A stretch of 33,867 bases of DNA from an uncultured Candidatus Saccharibacteria bacterium. Lineage in GTDB: Bacteria > Patescibacteriota > Saccharimonadia > Saccharimonadales > UBA7683. The notes under the pieces were generated by a model. That model did not search any database, was not told where the DNA came from, and saw only the letters and a program-made list of their open reading frames with translations. Positions 32,325-33,867 of the stretch are shown here, piece by piece. Location: NCBI GenBank assembly GCA_964621845.1, contig CAZUOL010000064.1, positions 1-33,867 on the forward strand, given 5' to 3'. Numbering within the stretch: the first letter of the stretch is position 1; every line of letters starts with the position of its first letter. A program made the translations under genes and the position numbers.

Positions 32325-32633
32325 ATGAAACGAATATCACTCCTTGTTCTATCGTTACTCCTACTCAGCACTCTCACAGCATCTTCTGTAGTGCGGGCGC
32401 AGTCTACAGATACGCTTGATGGCGGTACTGACACGACGGCTGCAGATGCTACTGATACTACAAGTGATACAACCGATCAGACGAATACACAGACTGCAAG
32501 TGTCCCTGATACCGGCTTTGCACCAACACAGAATAAAATGTTCGCACAAGCAATGGTTTTTATTGGCGGCGCGGCGCTAGGTGGGGCTCTTGGTTTTGGC
32601 ATTGTGCAAATTCGTAAAAAGTCTCATTTTTAG
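32325..32633 (+). CDS. Small secreted Thr/Asp-rich protein with a C-terminal sorting-signal-like anchor (VPDTG)
   Basis: Signal peptide MKRISLLVLSLLLLSTLTASSVVRA|Q, a low-complexity TD-rich core, then VPDTG (32502..32516), a hydrophobic segment and a basic RKKSHF tail. Confidence 0.6.
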   Translation: MKRISLLVLSLLLLSTLTASSVVRAQSTDTLDGGTDTTAADATDTTSDTTDQTNTQTASVPDTGFAPTQNKMFAQAMVFIGGAALGGALGFGIVQIRKKSHF

Positions 32634-32663
32634 CAAAATATAGCTAGATCAAACTTGGTAATT

Positions 32664-32698
32664 GCGCTACACTGAATGCAGTGTCGGCGCATGTTTTT
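32664..32698 (+). terminator. Candidate rho-independent terminator
   Basis: GCGCTACACTG-AATG-CAGTGTCGGCGC (imperfect stem with a bulge) followed by ATGTTTTT. Confidence 0.42.
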
Positions 32699-32824
32699 AT
32701 AAGCAATCGCGACTGAAATGACATTGTTTTATTAATTGACTGACTGCAAGATTCGACACCACGATGACTACTTCTATGCTGTTTGTTTTTGTGGTGAGGT
32801 GTTGCGTGACTGGAAAGGATCGAT

Positions 32825-33867
32825 ATGGTGATATTTATAGTTGTAGCCCTACTTGCTGGAGCTGCTGCAGGCTTTGGTGGTGCGAGTATGAATGCAAAAA
32901 AGAAGCTTGGTTCAGCAGAAGAAGACGCTAAGAAGCAGCTTGAAGCTGCAAAGAAGGAGGCAGACAAGCTTGTCGTTGAAGCCAAGAAAGAGGCTTTAGA
33001 GATGGCTGAGCAAGCCAAGAAAGAAGAAGATCGCCGCCGTAAAGAACTCGGTGAAACTGAAAAGCGCTTACTGAATCGAGAAGAGAACCTCGATAAAAAA
33101 CTTGACGAACTAGATAAGCGTAGTGAAAAACTGAGAGCAAACGAGGATGAGCTTGAAAAACTCAAAGATGAGGTACGGGCGATTCGTACCAAGGCCCAAG
33201 AAAAGCTAGAGAAGATAGCAAAACTCTCTAAGGCCGATGCCGCTGAAAAATTAATGCAGATGACTGAGCGTGATATCAAGCGTGATCTAGAGGGATTGGT
33301 GGCAAAGTTACAGCGTGACGCGGTGGATACGGCCGAAGAACAGGCCCAGATGGTGATTACTCAGGCGATGGAGCGCATGGCTTCAGAAGTGACGAGCGAA
33401 AAGACGGTGACCGCACTCAAACTGGAAGATGAGGAGATGAAGGGCCGCATTATTGGTAAAGAGGGGCGCAATATACAGGCACTGCAACGTGCCACAGGTG
33501 TGGACATTCTGGTTGATGATACGCCGGGCATGATTATTCTCTCAAGCTTTGACCCGATTCGCCGACAGATTACACGTGAGGCACTCGAATTATTACTAAA
33601 AGATGGCCGTATTCATCCTGGTCGTATTGAAGAGGTGGTTGAAAAAGCGCAGAAGAATATCGATAAAGAGATTGATCGTGCAGGAGAGGATGCTATTCGA
33701 GAAGTTGGTGTCGTGGGTATGGTGCCAAAAGAAATGTCACGTTTACTTGGTGAACTGAAGTTTCGCACCAGCTATGGTCAGAATGTTTTGAAGCACAGTA
33801 CAGAGATGGCGCAGATTGCCGCCTCGATTGCCGAAGAAGTTGGCGTAGATGTGAAGACGGTGAAAAC
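32825..33867 (+). CDS. rny: Ribonuclease Y, N-terminal about 347 aa; the 3' end lies outside the window
   Basis: The ORF is missing from the track because it has no stop in the window. It has an N-terminal TM segment (MVIFIVVALLAGAAAGFGG), a long Lys/Glu coiled coil, a KH domain (GRIIGKEGRNIQALQRATGVDILVDDTPG) and the start of an HD domain (LKFRTSYGQNVLKHSTEMAQIA). Confidence 0.93.
   Translation, partial: MVIFIVVALLAGAAAGFGGASMNAKKKLGSAEEDAKKQLEAAKKEADKLVVEAKKEALEMAEQAKKEEDRRRKELGETEKRLLNREENLDKKLDELDKRSEKLRANEDELEKLKDEVRAIRTKAQEKLEKIAKLSKADAAEKLMQMTERDIKRDLEGLVAKLQRDAVDTAEEQAQMVITQAMERMASEVTSEKTVTALKLEDEEMKGRIIGKEGRNIQALQRATGVDILVDDTPGMIILSSFDPIRRQITREALELLLKDGRIHPGRIEEVVEKAQKNIDKEIDRAGEDAIREVGVVGMVPKEMSRLLGELKFRTSYGQNVLKHSTEMAQIAASIAEEVGVDVKTVK

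Noticed and set aside
32644-33279. 211-aa Ser-rich ORF on the minus strand
   Set aside because: It is the antisense reading of the Lys/Glu-rich coiled coil of RNase Y (GAA/AAG codons read as TTC/CTT-type Ser/Phe/Leu codons). The plus-strand frame has clear RNase Y TM, KH and HD motifs, so this is a low-complexity artefact.
1-33867. Alternative genetic code (UGA as a sense codon, as in some CPR lineages) considered
   Set aside because: TGA clearly functions as a stop. Examples are the ATGA and GTGA stop/start overlaps at 6676, 18468, 30478, 31077 and 31865, with full-length conserved proteins ending there. All long ORFs are intact under the standard bacterial code.

Overview
This window is densely packed, about 93% coding by my calls. 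It appears to come from a small-genome, probably monoderm bacterium. I infer a Patescibacteria/CPR, Saccharibacteria-like source from gene content only: secretin-less type IV pilus genes, a short ComEC without the nuclease domain, a lamin-tail-domain surface protein, a half-size TsaB, sortase-type sorting signals and RNase Y. I could run no search to test this.

Gene order:
- dnaK (3' end), then a LAXTG surface protein, VKOR and a LysE exporter, then dnaJ.
- A DUF4870-like membrane protein and an orphan ATP-grasp ligase, divergent from a retropepsin-like protease, rimK and a DUF192 gene.
- A minor-pilin operon (PilV-like, PilW-like and a 468-aa PilX_N protein).
- tRNA-Lys(UUU).
- comEC, yebC, a twin lamin-tail-domain protein and ruvC.
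- A 47-aa ORF and a REP-flanked RAYT-type HUH transposase.
- ruvA, cutA, a nucleoside-deoxyribosyltransferase-like gene and ruvB.
- A bPH_2 membrane protein and an orphan pilin, divergent from recA.
- Two inserted genes, recX and a PRC-barrel protein.
- pilB, pilC, a pilin, pilM, pilN, pilO and a 97-aa ORF.
- tsaE, a short tsaB, a small anchored secreted protein and rny (5' part).

I saw no rRNA, no CRISPR array and no sign of a non-standard genetic code.

The most interesting signals:
1. Two type IV pilus loci bracket nearly the whole DNA-uptake and homologous-recombination gene set. This includes an uncharacterised surface protein with Cys-bracketed basic repeats.
2. A RAYT/REP unit sits inside the ruvC-ruvA junction.
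3. A rimK, protease and second ATP-grasp module.
4. Canonical operons (dnaK-dnaJ, ruvA-ruvB, recA-recX) are repeatedly split by translationally coupled extra genes.
5. A recurring TGcTAnAnT extended -10 box lies 7-12 nt from start codons, suggesting leaderless transcripts.
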